The notes under the pieces are model-generated. The model saw only the letters and a list, made by a program, of their open reading frames with translations. It made no database searches and was not told the DNA's origin. Both the position numbers and the translations under genes were made by a program. Below, one piece after another: positions 1-9,701 of a stretch of DNA of 42,572 nt. The stretch comes from a virus (Duplodnaviria > Caudoviricetes), in the IMG/VR virus record IMGVR_UViG_3300037424_000238, positions 1-42,572 of that record. The stretch is one strand, 5' to 3'. The first letter of the stretch is position 1; each line of letters opens with the position of its first letter.

Positions 1-191
1 TCCTTGACGAGGACCGGAAAACGACCCTGGGGACGGCGCTCTATTCGGCGGCGGATGTCAATGCTGATCAGGAATCTGGCCTGCACAAGATCGCGAAACG
101 GACAGGCGTTCCGGTGGAGGCCCTGCGACTGGACAATGGTGCCGAAGCTCTCCGCCGGGAAGCGGCCGGCCGGGCCGAAACTCTCATAGCG
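1..191. repeat. Terminal direct repeat / circularisation overlap, left copy
   Basis: Matches 42382-42572 except at 128 (A vs G) and 140 (T vs C). Confidence 0.97.
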
Positions 192-3100
192 GACGCTCCG
201 AAGACCGCCGCCTTCGCTGCTGACGGCCATGCCTCGCTGCTCGCCGACGACCTGGACAACCTCTCGGCGGTAGAAAAGCTGGTTCGCGCCTTCCGGGGCG
301 GGCGGCAACAACAGGAACAAGGACGGCTGGCCCACAAGGACATGACGGCCGGCCTCACCTATGACGAGCGCGAACGGATGGAGGGCCTGGGTCTTCTCTC
401 CGGCAACGCTGAAAGAATGGCCGGAAAAGCGCGAGACTTCGGTGTGCTTTCGGCGGGGCAGATTGTCGGGCAGATGTCCGAATCGGCCATTGACAGTCTT
501 GACATGGCTCTTGCTGCGGGAATGAGCGCGGGCGGTGTGGCGGCATGGATGGGGCAGGCCGGACCTCAGGCCGCATTGCCGGAGGAGATTATCACCGTCC
601 CGGCAGCCACGGCCACGGCATTCGGGACGGCTCTCTCCTACGGGATTCTCGAGGACACACGGAAGGTGGAGGCCGGTCACGCCTACCAGGAGATGAAGCA
701 GTTTCTGGGGAAGAACGGCGAGACCCTAGACGAAGAAACCGCCATGATCGCCGCCCAGACGGTGGGGGTGGTCAACGCCACCATCGAGGCGCTGGGACTG
801 AAGATCATCACCGCCCCTTACCGCAAGGCGCTGAAGAAGGCAATCACCGCCAAGGCTACCGAGGGGGTCACGCAACTGACCGCTAAGCGGGCCGCCGGCC
901 GGTTCGCTGTCGCCTACGGAACCCAGGTCGCCGCCGAGACCGGGCAGGAGATCGCCCAGGAGACGGTGAACGTTCTGGCCGAGGAAATGGCCAAGCTGGC
1001 CAGCGAAGGAGAGTTTGACACCGCCACGCCTGAGGAGGTGGCTAGCCGGCTGTGGGAGATCGCCAGCAAGACGGCGCAGGGGATGGCCTGGCTTGGCCTG
1101 CCCGGCGCCGGGGTCTCTCTCAACAACGACCTGAGGGGCGCCCGGACCGCGCAGAAGAATCAGCAGTTCATGGAGGCTCTCGGAGATACGGCCAAGGCGT
1201 CTAAGTTGCGCGAGCGCCTGCCGGAGAAGTTCCGCGAGTTGGTGGCGAAGATCAAGGAAGGCGGCCCGGTGGAGAACATTTATGTCCCCGCCGAGCAGTG
1301 GAAGACATTCTGGCAGGAAAAAGGGATCGACCCGGCCGAGATGGCACAGGATTTCAACTACACCGAAGCCCTGGCTCTCGGAAGTGATGTGATTATCCCC
1401 CTAGAGGAGTACGCTACTCGCTTTGCCGCCACTGAGCACCACGCCGAACTGATGCGTGATGTGAGACTGCGCGAAGACCAGATGACCTCCCGCGAGGCCG
1501 AAGAGTTCCGCACCACCGCCGCCGAGCGCTTCGGTTCCCTGGTGGATGAAGTGGAGAGTCCCGACTCTTCCCGGAAGGTCTATGATGATGTCCTTGGAGG
1601 ACTGATCGGCATCGGGCGCGAGAGATCGACCGCCGAGCGCGAAGCACTTCTGTGGCAGGCGCGTTACAAAACCCGGGCCGAACGTCTGGCGGTAGACGCC
1701 TTCGAGCTCTACCAGCAGGCCCCCCTGAAGATCACCCGGCCCCTTCCGGAGGTATTGCTGCGCGGCAATATCGACACCTCCATCGACCCCTATCTTGACG
1801 CCCTGCGTTCCGGTGAGCTTCTCCTTGCCGACAACGGTCCGAGTCTGCTGGAGTTCATGCGCGAGCGCGGCATTGCCGACGACCGCGGGGACCTGGCTTC
1901 CATGGACGTGGACAAGGGGCGCAAACCCTTCTCTCGCAAACTTCTCCGGAAGGATGGGATCTCCCTGGACGCGGCCGGAGAGATGTTGTGGGAGGCGGGC
2001 TACTTTACCGAGCGGCCCACCACGGCTGAAGTCCTGGAGGCGGTAAACACCGAGCTCCGCGGGAATCCCGTGTACGCCCCGGGGCGGATGGATATCGAGG
2101 CCGAAGGGAAGCGCCAGGACCTGGAGCAGCTTCAGGGATACCTGCAGTCCATGGGGGTCGACCTCTCCGCGATGGACAACGAGCAGGTGCGCCAGACCTT
2201 GGAGCAGGGCCGGGTGATGTATCAGGGTGGGCAGCCCACCACCGTAGACCCCGCCACCGGTCTGACCCGGGATCGCGGTGAAGAGGTCGATGTTTTTGTT
2301 GATCGGCGCAACCAGGCGTTGCGTGACATGCTGGTTGAGGACATGACGCCCGAGCAGATGAAACGGGCGCTTTTGACCAACGAACTGACGGGGATTCCCA
2401 ACCGACGGGCCTATGCCGATGACAACAAAAAGGCCGGTGGCCCGTTGCCGGTTCAGGTGTCCATCGATGCCGACAGTTTGAAGTGGATCAACGACAACAT
2501 GGGACACCATGCCGGGGACCAACTGCTTCAGAACGTCGCCGACGCCCTGGCGGAAGTTGCAACTCTGTTCGACATCCGGGTTTATCACATCTCCGGAGAC
2601 GAGTTTATTATCCAGTCAACGGACCTGATTGAAGCGCAGGCTGCACGGAAGGCGGTTGACAAAATACTTTCCGGCCGTATCATTGAAGGACACGCGCCCG
2701 ACGGTTCGGTTATCACCATGAACGGTCATACAGTGACCTACGGGTTCAACAGTGAAGGGAACTTCAAAGATGCCGACAACCAGCTTAAAATCGAAAAACA
2801 GAACGCCGAAACAGCCGGCACAAGAGCCGGCCGCGGCGAAGTCCCGCCCACCGTTGAAGTTCGTCGAGATAGGGGGCCAGGTCTTCGTGGATCGGCCGCG
2901 ACAGACTTCTTCGCTGACCTCAAAAGACGCAGAGGAGTTCCGCAGGCAGACACGGGAGGAGAATCCCTAGCCTCTCAGAACCAACTCCTACCCCGTGACG
3001 GTCGGACTCACTTTCAACAAGAGACCGACCGTCTTTCTGTGCTTCATTCCCTGTCCAGAGAAAACCTTATTTTCGCCTCCGACAAACGCGCCTCCATCAC

Positions 3101-6100
3101 CTTCGCCGAGGGTTCGCGGTTGATTCAGCTTTTCGAGAAAGCGGATTTAAGCTCTTTTCTTCATGAGAGCGGTCACGCCTGGCTTGAGGAACTGAAGGAA
3201 GACGCCGCCCGCGACAACGCCCCCACGCAGATACGGGAAGACTGGAACACTATCGCCGACTGGCTGGAGATCGACCCCAACCAAGAGATCCCCGTCGTCG
3301 CCCATGAGACCTTCGCCCGGGGAATCGAAGCTTATATCCGGGAAGGTAAGGCACCCTCTACGGACTTGGCGCCGGTCTTCCAGCGTTTCAAGGCGTGGCT
3401 GCTGCGAATTTACAAGAGCCTCGACCTCAACGTCACCCTGACCAAGGACGTGCGTCAGGTCATGAACAGATTGTTGGCTACCGACGAGGAGATCCGGCAG
3501 ACCGAACAGATGCAGATCTTCGCGCCCCTGTTTGCGACGGCTATCGAAGCGGGGATGAGCGAAACGGAGTTTGCCGCCTACCGCAAGATTGCCGAGGCTG
3601 CCCATGAGGAGGCGACCAGAGACCTGCAGCAGAAGCTCATGGACGAGCTTTCCCGCGAGCAAAAGGCCTGGTGGAAGGATGAGCGGGCCAAGGTGCGCCA
3701 GACCGTCGAGGCCGAGGCGAAGAAGAATCCCGTCTATCAGGCATTCCAGGTCCTGACAAAAGGGGAGGACTTCGAGGGGAACGCCGTCGAAGGATTCAAG
3801 ATCGCCAAGGCGGACTTGGTGAAGATGTACGGGGAACCCTTTGTCAAAAGACTTCCGAGAGCCTTCCAGCGGGTCTATACCAAAAAAGGGGGCTTGCACC
3901 CCGACGAGGTGGCCGAGGTCTTCGGGTTCTCCTCCGGTGACGAGATGGTGCAGGCCATGGTCAACACGTCGCCGATGAAGCAAGCCGTCGAGGCCGAGAC
4001 CGACGTTCGGATGCGCGAGACCTACGGCGACATGATGCTGGACGGCTCCATTGCCGATGAGGCGCTGAACTCCGTGCACTCCGACCAGCGGGGGAAGGTC
4101 CTGCAAGCCGAGCTCCGAGCCCTGCGCAAGAAGCAGCGCGAAGTTTCCCCCTTCGTCAAGGCCGCTCAAAAAGAACAGGCCGAGACCGAAAAGCAGGGGC
4201 GCAAGGAGATTGACGCCATTCCCCCGCTTCAAGCCTTCCGCCTCTTCGCCGCCCAGATGATCGGGGCCAAGGCGCTCGGGGATGTCCGCCCTGACCTCTA
4301 CCTGAAGGCCGAGCAGAAGGCTGGACGACTCGCCTTCGAAGCCGCAACGAAGAAGGACTACATCACCGCCGCCGAAGAGAAGCGCAAGCAGCTGTTGAAC
4401 CACTTCCTTTTCATCGAGGCGCGAGCGGCCCGGGAGGAAGCGGAGAAGATCGTTGACTACGCCAAGCGCCTGGAGAAACCCGCCTCTCAGTCGAGGATCG
4501 GCAAGGCCGGCGGGGACTATCTCGACCAGATCAACGGCATTCTCGAGCGCTACGAGTTCAAGGCGGTCTCCCGGGGCACGTTGGAGAAGCGCCAGAGTCT
4601 TCTGGAATGGGCTCGCCAGCAGGAGGATATGGGACTGGAGGCGGCCATCCCCCAGTCTGTTCTGGATGAGATCGGCCGGCGCAACTACAAGACCCTTTCC
4701 ATTGACGAATTGAGGGCCGTTCGAGATGCGATGAAGAACATCGAGCACCTGGCGCGGGAAGTCAACTATCTGCGCATTGAAGGGGAAGAGATCGAACTTG
4801 CCGAGGCCGTCCGCGAGCTCTCGGATTCGGCCGAAGAACACTTCGACACCAAGCGCCTGCCTATCGACCAGGAGACGCGATCCTGGCTGGATAAACAGGG
4901 GGAGAAGATTTCCCGACTCGACGCCTCTCTGCTCAAGGCCGAACAGCTCATTGAATGGCTCGACGGCGGGAAGGTGAACGGACCCTGGAACAGGATGATT
5001 TTCGAGCCTTTGGCCAAGGCGCAGGCTCGGGAGTTCGACCTGACCAAAGAGTACACACAGAAGACGGCGGAGATCTTTCGGGAGTACGGCAGCAAAAAGG
5101 GCAACGTTCTCCTGGAGAAGATCTACATCCCCTCTCTCGGGGAATCCCTGACCCGGCAGGCCATCCTTGCCGCCGCCCTCAATACCGGCAACGCCTCCAA
5201 CTATGACAAACTCCTGAAGGGCCGGGAGTGGACACCTGCAGTCATCGAGGATATCCTCTCCCGCATGGACGGGACCGACTGGGCCTTCATCCAGAGCGTA
5301 TGGGACACCATCGAGTCTCTGTGGCCGGAGATCGCCGCCATGGAAAAGCGACTCTCCGGGGTCACCCCTCCGAAGATAGAGGCGCGGGAGATCACGAACC
5401 AGTACGGCACCTTCAATGGGGGCTACTTCCCCGTGGTCTACGATCCCCTCTACAGCGCCGCCGGGGAGAAGCATGCCGACGCCCGGGCGGATAAACTCTT
5501 CGACTCCAACTATGTGCGGGCCACCACCGAGAAGGGGCACACCAAGGCGAGGCTCGAGCAGGCCGCCTATCCGATCCTGCTGAACCTCGGAGTCATTCCC
5601 CAACACCTGGCCCAGGTGATTCACGACCTCACGCACCGCGAGGCGATCATCACGGGCAACAGACTTTTGACGAAAACCAAGGGCACCCTGAACGCCACCG
5701 CCGGACCGGCCTATCACCGGATGCTGACCCAGTGGCTTGCCAGCGTGGCCAACGACCGCAACATCGACCAGACGGGGAATCAGTTCTGGACCAACTTCTT
5801 CACCTCCCTGAGGATCAACTCGACCATCGTTGGCATGGGACTTCGAGTGACCACCATGTTCACTCAGATTGCCGGCCTCTCCCAGTCCCTCGATATCGTC
5901 AAGGGGCGCTACCTGGCCAAAGGTTTGGCGCAGTTCACCCGGCACCCCTTCGAGTCCAGGGCATGGGTCAATGCGAAGTCCGGAGAGATGCGCCACCGCT
6001 CCAACGCCCTCGACCGCGATATCCGCGACGGGGTGAGAAAGCTCATGGGCAAGAAGGGCGCTGTTGCCTGGATTCAGTCCAAAAGCTTCGGCGGGATTGC

Positions 6101-6818
6101 CCTGTTCGACGCCATAGTTTCGACACCGACGTGGATGGGGGCCTACGAGCAGGCCAAAGCTGAAGGGCTTTCGGAAAAGGAAGCTGTGACTTCCGGGGAC
6201 CGGGCGGTTCGTCTCTCGCAGGGTGCCGGGGGAGCCAAAGACCTGGCGGCGGTGCAGCGCTCCAACGACCTGATGAAGCTCTTCACCATGTTTTATTCCT
6301 ACTTCTCCGTGCTCTACAACCGCCTGCGCAACATGGGGCGGCTCAAGGGCATCGGCGAGATCGGTTTCATGGACGTGGCCTTCAAGTCTTTCGTCATGGT
6401 CATGGCGCCAGCCCTGATATCGGAGATCCTGGCCAACCGGGGACCGGATGACGACGAGGACCCGCTGGAGTGGGCGGCCCGCGAAATCCTTTTCTACCCT
6501 CTCGGCACGATTCCCGTCGTGCGGGACATGGCCAACGTCTGGAAGGACGGCTACAGCTACACCCTCACTCCCCTGTCGAGGGCTCTGGAGATGACCACCA
6601 GGCTCCCGGGGCAGATCGAGCAGACCATCGAGGGGGAGAAGGACGTTGATGATCTTGTCTTCCAGGCATTCGACCTGCCGGGTTATCTCTTCGGACTCCC
6701 GACGGGACAGGTCAAGAACACCACCCGCTATATCTGGGACGTGTGGAACGGCGACATTCAGCCCGAGGACGGCGCAGACGTTGCCAAGGGCCTCTTATTC
6801 GGTGAAAGGAGAAAGTAA
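1..6818 (+). CDS. Giant internal virion (DNA ejection) / large polyvalent protein. True start is ATG 42354 across the circular junction (about 2281 aa). Contains GGDEF and HExxH metallopeptidase-like domains.
   Basis: The frame is open from ATG 42354, which overlaps the upstream stop (TAATG), and reads MGFNEDFGAF...GVPVEALRLD into the 114..6818 ORF. It sits after the other ejection genes and before the tail fibre gene. Motifs NELTGIPNRR, SGDEF and FLHESGH are present. Confidence 0.85.
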   Translation, partial: LDEDRKTTLGTALYSAADVNADQESGLHKIAKRTGVPVEALRLDNGAEALRREAAGRAETLIADAPKTAAFAADGHASLLADDLDNLSAVEKLVRAFRGGRQQQEQGRLAHKDMTAGLTYDERERMEGLGLLSGNAERMAGKARDFGVLSAGQIVGQMSESAIDSLDMALAAGMSAGGVAAWMGQAGPQAALPEEIITVPAATATAFGTALSYGILEDTRKVEAGHAYQEMKQFLGKNGETLDEETAMIAAQTVGVVNATIEALGLKIITAPYRKALKKAITAKATEGVTQLTAKRAAGRFAVAYGTQVAAETGQEIAQETVNVLAEEMAKLASEGEFDTATPEEVASRLWEIASKTAQGMAWLGLPGAGVSLNNDLRGARTAQKNQQFMEALGDTAKASKLRERLPEKFRELVAKIKEGGPVENIYVPAEQWKTFWQEKGIDPAEMAQDFNYTEALALGSDVIIPLEEYATRFAATEHHAELMRDVRLREDQMTSREAEEFRTTAAERFGSLVDEVESPDSSRKVYDDVLGGLIGIGRERSTAEREALLWQARYKTRAERLAVDAFELYQQAPLKITRPLPEVLLRGNIDTSIDPYLDALRSGELLLADNGPSLLEFMRERGIADDRGDLASMDVDKGRKPFSRKLLRKDGISLDAAGEMLWEAGYFTERPTTAEVLEAVNTELRGNPVYAPGRMDIEAEGKRQDLEQLQGYLQSMGVDLSAMDNEQVRQTLEQGRVMYQGGQPTTVDPATGLTRDRGEEVDVFVDRRNQALRDMLVEDMTPEQMKRALLTNELTGIPNRRAYADDNKKAGGPLPVQVSIDADSLKWINDNMGHHAGDQLLQNVADALAEVATLFDIRVYHISGDEFIIQSTDLIEAQAARKAVDKILSGRIIEGHAPDGSVITMNGHTVTYGFNSEGNFKDADNQLKIEKQNAETAGTRAGRGEVPPTVEVRRDRGPGLRGSAATDFFADLKRRRGVPQADTGGESLASQNQLLPRDGRTHFQQETDRLSVLHSLSRENLIFASDKRASITFAEGSRLIQLFEKADLSSFLHESGHAWLEELKEDAARDNAPTQIREDWNTIADWLEIDPNQEIPVVAHETFARGIEAYIREGKAPSTDLAPVFQRFKAWLLRIYKSLDLNVTLTKDVRQVMNRLLATDEEIRQTEQMQIFAPLFATAIEAGMSETEFAAYRKIAEAAHEEATRDLQQKLMDELSREQKAWWKDERAKVRQTVEAEAKKNPVYQAFQVLTKGEDFEGNAVEGFKIAKADLVKMYGEPFVKRLPRAFQRVYTKKGGLHPDEVAEVFGFSSGDEMVQAMVNTSPMKQAVEAETDVRMRETYGDMMLDGSIADEALNSVHSDQRGKVLQAELRALRKKQREVSPFVKAAQKEQAETEKQGRKEIDAIPPLQAFRLFAAQMIGAKALGDVRPDLYLKAEQKAGRLAFEAATKKDYITAAEEKRKQLLNHFLFIEARAAREEAEKIVDYAKRLEKPASQSRIGKAGGDYLDQINGILERYEFKAVSRGTLEKRQSLLEWARQQEDMGLEAAIPQSVLDEIGRRNYKTLSIDELRAVRDAMKNIEHLAREVNYLRIEGEEIELAEAVRELSDSAEEHFDTKRLPIDQETRSWLDKQGEKISRLDASLLKAEQLIEWLDGGKVNGPWNRMIFEPLAKAQAREFDLTKEYTQKTAEIFREYGSKKGNVLLEKIYIPSLGESLTRQAILAAALNTGNASNYDKLLKGREWTPAVIEDILSRMDGTDWAFIQSVWDTIESLWPEIAAMEKRLSGVTPPKIEAREITNQYGTFNGGYFPVVYDPLYSAAGEKHADARADKLFDSNYVRATTEKGHTKARLEQAAYPILLNLGVIPQHLAQVIHDLTHREAIITGNRLLTKTKGTLNATAGPAYHRMLTQWLASVANDRNIDQTGNQFWTNFFTSLRINSTIVGMGLRVTTMFTQIAGLSQSLDIVKGRYLAKGLAQFTRHPFESRAWVNAKSGEMRHRSNALDRDIRDGVRKLMGKKGAVAWIQSKSFGGIALFDAIVSTPTWMGAYEQAKAEGLSEKEAVTSGDRAVRLSQGAGGAKDLAAVQRSNDLMKLFTMFYSYFSVLYNRLRNMGRLKGIGEIGFMDVAFKSFVMVMAPALISEILANRGPDDDEDPLEWAAREILFYPLGTIPVVRDMANVWKDGYSYTLTPLSRALEMTTRLPGQIEQTIEGEKDVDDLVFQAFDLPGYLFGLPTGQVKNTTRYIWDVWNGDIQPEDGADVAKGLLFGERRK
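2370..2810 (+). other. GGDEF (diguanylate cyclase-like) domain within the giant protein
   Basis: NELTGIPNRRAY; IDADSLKWINDNMGHHAGDQLL; HISGDEFII (SGDEF at 2592-2606); C-terminal ADNQLKIEK, matching the AD..lY..K pattern. Confidence 0.88.
3090..3480 (+). other. Zincin-like metallopeptidase domain (polyvalent-protein MPTase type)
   Basis: ADLSSFLHESGHAWL (HExxH at 3162-3176), followed by HETFARGIEAYIREGKAPS, which supplies a third-ligand Glu. Confidence 0.7.
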
Positions 6819-7522
6819 TGACGGTTTTATCGACGACCAGCTCGCAGAGGTTCCACGGTTCCGGAAGCGCGGGACCCTTCACCTTCTCCTGGCGCTTTTT
6901 GGACAATGCGGACCTCTTGGTTTACCGAATCGATAACCCGGACGACAATCCCCTTGTCGAGGTCAAAACACTGTTGACCGAGGGCGTGGATTATTCCCTC
7001 AACGGTGCCGGGTCCTACTCTGGCGGAAGTCTGACCCTGGCCACATCGCTGATCGCCGACACGGATCTGCTGTTGGAGCGTCACACCTCCCCCCTGCAGC
7101 AGACCGACATTCGCAACCAGGGCAACAACTTTCTGCCCGAGGTTCATGAAGACGCCTTCGACCATGCGGTGATGATGATTCAGGACCGACAACGGGCCAT
7201 CGATGAGCTGGAGGCGTATCTTCTGGCCGTGGAGACCTTGGCCGCAACCAACCGGGTCACCCTCTATGACGCGGTTGGAGCTGCTGACGCGGTGGTCTTC
7301 GCCGACGCCTCTGCCGGTCCGGTCGAGGTCAACCTTCCGGCGGCCAACGACCCGAGCGCCAAGGTCACCATCATCGTCAAAGCCGACGCCACAGAGAATG
7401 CGGTGCAACTGGTCCCGGACTCCGGAACGGTGATGGGCTACGCCTCCGCCGACATGCTGATGCCTGACGAGACTGTGCGTCTATTCCCCCGATCTGCAAA
7501 TAACAACTGGTATCGGATGTAA
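6818..7522 (+). CDS. Tail fibre attachment/adaptor protein with a T7 gp17-like N-terminal domain
   Basis: MTV...GSGSAGPFTFSWRF...DYSLNG...GG...PEVHEDAFDHAVMMIQ is typical of podovirus fibre N-termini. Start overlaps the previous stop. Confidence 0.75.
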   Translation: MTVLSTTSSQRFHGSGSAGPFTFSWRFLDNADLLVYRIDNPDDNPLVEVKTLLTEGVDYSLNGAGSYSGGSLTLATSLIADTDLLLERHTSPLQQTDIRNQGNNFLPEVHEDAFDHAVMMIQDRQRAIDELEAYLLAVETLAATNRVTLYDAVGAADAVVFADASAGPVEVNLPAANDPSAKVTIIVKADATENAVQLVPDSGTVMGYASADMLMPDETVRLFPRSANNNWYRM

Positions 7523-7547
7523 TTCTCAACTCCAAGGGAGGTAAAAA

Positions 7548-9449
7548 ATGCTGAAAGAAATGATCCGTCGGGCACTCTGTTACTGGTCGCCGATTGTGGC
7601 GCTCCTGGTCATCTGTTCCCCCGGCCAGGTTTATGCGGAAACGGCTGTATTCAAGGTCTCCGACATCGAAGTGGGCACGACCGCAAAGGGGATCGTCCAT
7701 CGCGTCGCGACCATCGCCGACCTGCGGCTGATCACCGGCTCGCCGGGGCGGTCGGCTGTGCAGGTGCTCGGCTACTATGCTGCGGGGGATGGCGGTGGTG
7801 GTCCGGTGCGGCGGTGGGTGGATGGGAAAGGTGTTGGCTATTACACGGCTGTAACCGGGGTGGAGCCGGATGATGGAGTGTCCATCATCGTGCCAACGGG
7901 CGGGGATGGGTCGGAAGCGTGGTTGTGGGAATGGCTGGGTAAAGACACACGAGTATCAGCCGAGGTATTCGGCATTATTCAAGGTGTTGAATTTAGCCAT
8001 ACAGTCATCGCCTCGGCGTATCAGGTCGTTGATTCTGTGTTTTTTGGGGCGGGGACGTATATTTGTGATTACATCAGTGTTCCCGCAGGGAAGAGTATTC
8101 TCACAGCTGGGAAAACTACCATATTCCAGCAAAAGACAGGGGTGCCGGTAGGAACTAGACTAATAAATATTATTGGTTCCAATGCAACGGTCGAATCCTG
8201 CACGTTGCGCGGGAATATTGCTACCGATACAGACGAACAAAATCACGGTATTTTTTGTCGAGCCGATGCCGCTACTGGCAACATATCTATGATAACAATC
8301 GGTGATATTCACGGCGTAGACATCCGAGGTGATGTTGTATATATCGGGCAGGGGGTCACCGGTGAGATTGTGTCGCAAATAATGATAGGAAACGTAAGCG
8401 GAAATAATATTTTTCGCAACGTGTTAAGTGTTGTGAGCGGCACAGATATTGATGTTGCCAGTGTGACGGGCTCTCAAGTGGGATTTATGATGTTTGACAT
8501 TGAATCCAATGCGGGGTCTGGAACCTCCGAAAATATCCATATAGGTTATTGCAAGGGTCATAGAGTGGGCAGTATAGGGACAACCTCGGCAGATTTTACA
8601 TCAGGGGTCGTTATCGACTATCTCGATATTAACCCAACTTATGTGTCCGCATCTGATCCAGTTTACCCCACTGTCTATTACATTGATGACGGGTTTGTAG
8701 TGAGAAACACGAAAGATCTTCACATAGGTTTTTTAAAGGCAAGTGGATATAATAGGTCGGCAATATGGGTTATTAACGGCTCCGGTGAAATTGGTTTGGA
8801 GGAGATAGTAATTGATTATTTAGATGTTTCTGACTGTGCAAAAACGGACGTTGTTTATTACACCTATTTGAATTTGGGCGTGAGTAACTTTGTTATAGGT
8901 ATGGCAAAGGTGTCAGTTTTGTCGGCGAATCATCGATTTATAGATTCCGCCGTTAACGGGAGGATAGGGCACATTGATGCAGTATTAGATAACGATGCAA
9001 CACTTGTTCGCGCATCTACCAATACTAGAATTACCAGCGCAAAGGTTGAGGGTGCAGGCCGGATTTTTACAAACTGCAGTGGTTGTACAATAGAAAACTT
9101 AGTTGCAGATGCCGCTAGCCCATTAACATATTTAGCGAGTTATTCGACTAATTGCTTTTTTAAAAACTGTGTTATTACTGCCACGGTTGCGGTTTTCAAT
9201 AGTGGTTATGATACACACAACGTCGAAAATAGTAACTTGAATGGAGTTTATTATGGTCAGGGCCATTATAAAAAAAGTTGGGCGAGCAGTGAACTTGATA
9301 GTTTGACTTCAGTTGTAAACACCGCCTTTAAATACTATGGAAAAACAATCATCAACTCAACTACTGGCCGGGTTGTGTATGCCTCTGGTAGTGCAGCATC
9401 TAGTGTGTGGAAAAATGCTGATGGAACCACTGCCCATACTCCGATATAG
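7548..9449 (+). CDS. Tailspike / receptor-binding protein with a pectate-lyase-like beta-helix
   Basis: VATIADLR...LGYYAAGDGGGG head motif, then V..FG and FFGAGTYI, then beta-helix-like repeats rich in V/I/G/N. Strong SD GGGAGG. The body is AT-richer than the rest of the genome. Confidence 0.75.
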   Translation: MLKEMIRRALCYWSPIVALLVICSPGQVYAETAVFKVSDIEVGTTAKGIVHRVATIADLRLITGSPGRSAVQVLGYYAAGDGGGGPVRRWVDGKGVGYYTAVTGVEPDDGVSIIVPTGGDGSEAWLWEWLGKDTRVSAEVFGIIQGVEFSHTVIASAYQVVDSVFFGAGTYICDYISVPAGKSILTAGKTTIFQQKTGVPVGTRLINIIGSNATVESCTLRGNIATDTDEQNHGIFCRADAATGNISMITIGDIHGVDIRGDVVYIGQGVTGEIVSQIMIGNVSGNNIFRNVLSVVSGTDIDVASVTGSQVGFMMFDIESNAGSGTSENIHIGYCKGHRVGSIGTTSADFTSGVVIDYLDINPTYVSASDPVYPTVYYIDDGFVVRNTKDLHIGFLKASGYNRSAIWVINGSGEIGLEEIVIDYLDVSDCAKTDVVYYTYLNLGVSNFVIGMAKVSVLSANHRFIDSAVNGRIGHIDAVLDNDATLVRASTNTRITSAKVEGAGRIFTNCSGCTIENLVADAASPLTYLASYSTNCFFKNCVITATVAVFNSGYDTHNVENSNLNGVYYGQGHYKKSWASSELDSLTSVVNTAFKYYGKTIINSTTGRVVYASGSAASSVWKNADGTTAHTPI

Positions 9450-9543
9450 CGGTGCCAAATCAACCGTCAGCCGGTGCCAAAACGGGCGGCGCGTGATACA
9501 GCCGCACCGCAAATAAGTAACGGACGATCACCAGAAGACCATG

Positions 9544-9570
9544 GGGTCAGCCAATCGGCTGGCCCTTTTT
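9544..9570 (+). terminator. Rho-independent terminator at the end of the late operon
   Basis: GGGTCAGCC-AATC-GGCTGGCCC stem-loop followed by TTTTT. Confidence 0.75.
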
Positions 9571-9632
9571 CGTTCACTTTCAGGGGCGGCAAGCGGGCTT
9601 CTCGGCGGTGTAAAATATTTCCATTTTTATTG

Positions 9633-9661
9633 TTGACAATGGAAAAAAGTTACCGTATAAA
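9633..9661 (+). promoter_or_regulatory. Sigma70-type early promoter
   Basis: TTGACA (9633-9638), 17-nt spacer, TATAAA (9656-9661), with an AT-rich upstream tract. Confidence 0.8.
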
Positions 9662-9701
9662 TAAGGCGAACGATAACACTTTCACAGGGAGAAAGAGAAC
9701 C

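Noticed and set aside
114-116. GTG 114 as the start of the giant protein
   Set aside because: The frame stays open 47 codons upstream across the circular junction to a coupled ATG at 42354.
2490-2520. Hypr-type (cGAMP-forming) GGDEF
   Set aside because: The specificity position is Asp (GHHAGD), not Ser.
3147-5996. Long minus-strand ORFs (also 1401-2588, 9959-11152, 15314-16435, 27642-29309, 31990-33423, 35333-36502)
   Set aside because: These are antisense shadows of GC3-rich + strand genes, with no motifs or RBS support.
6818-9600. Diversity-generating retroelement, given the BPP-1-like virion genes
   Set aside because: I saw no reverse transcriptase, no avd gene and no TR/VR repeat pair.
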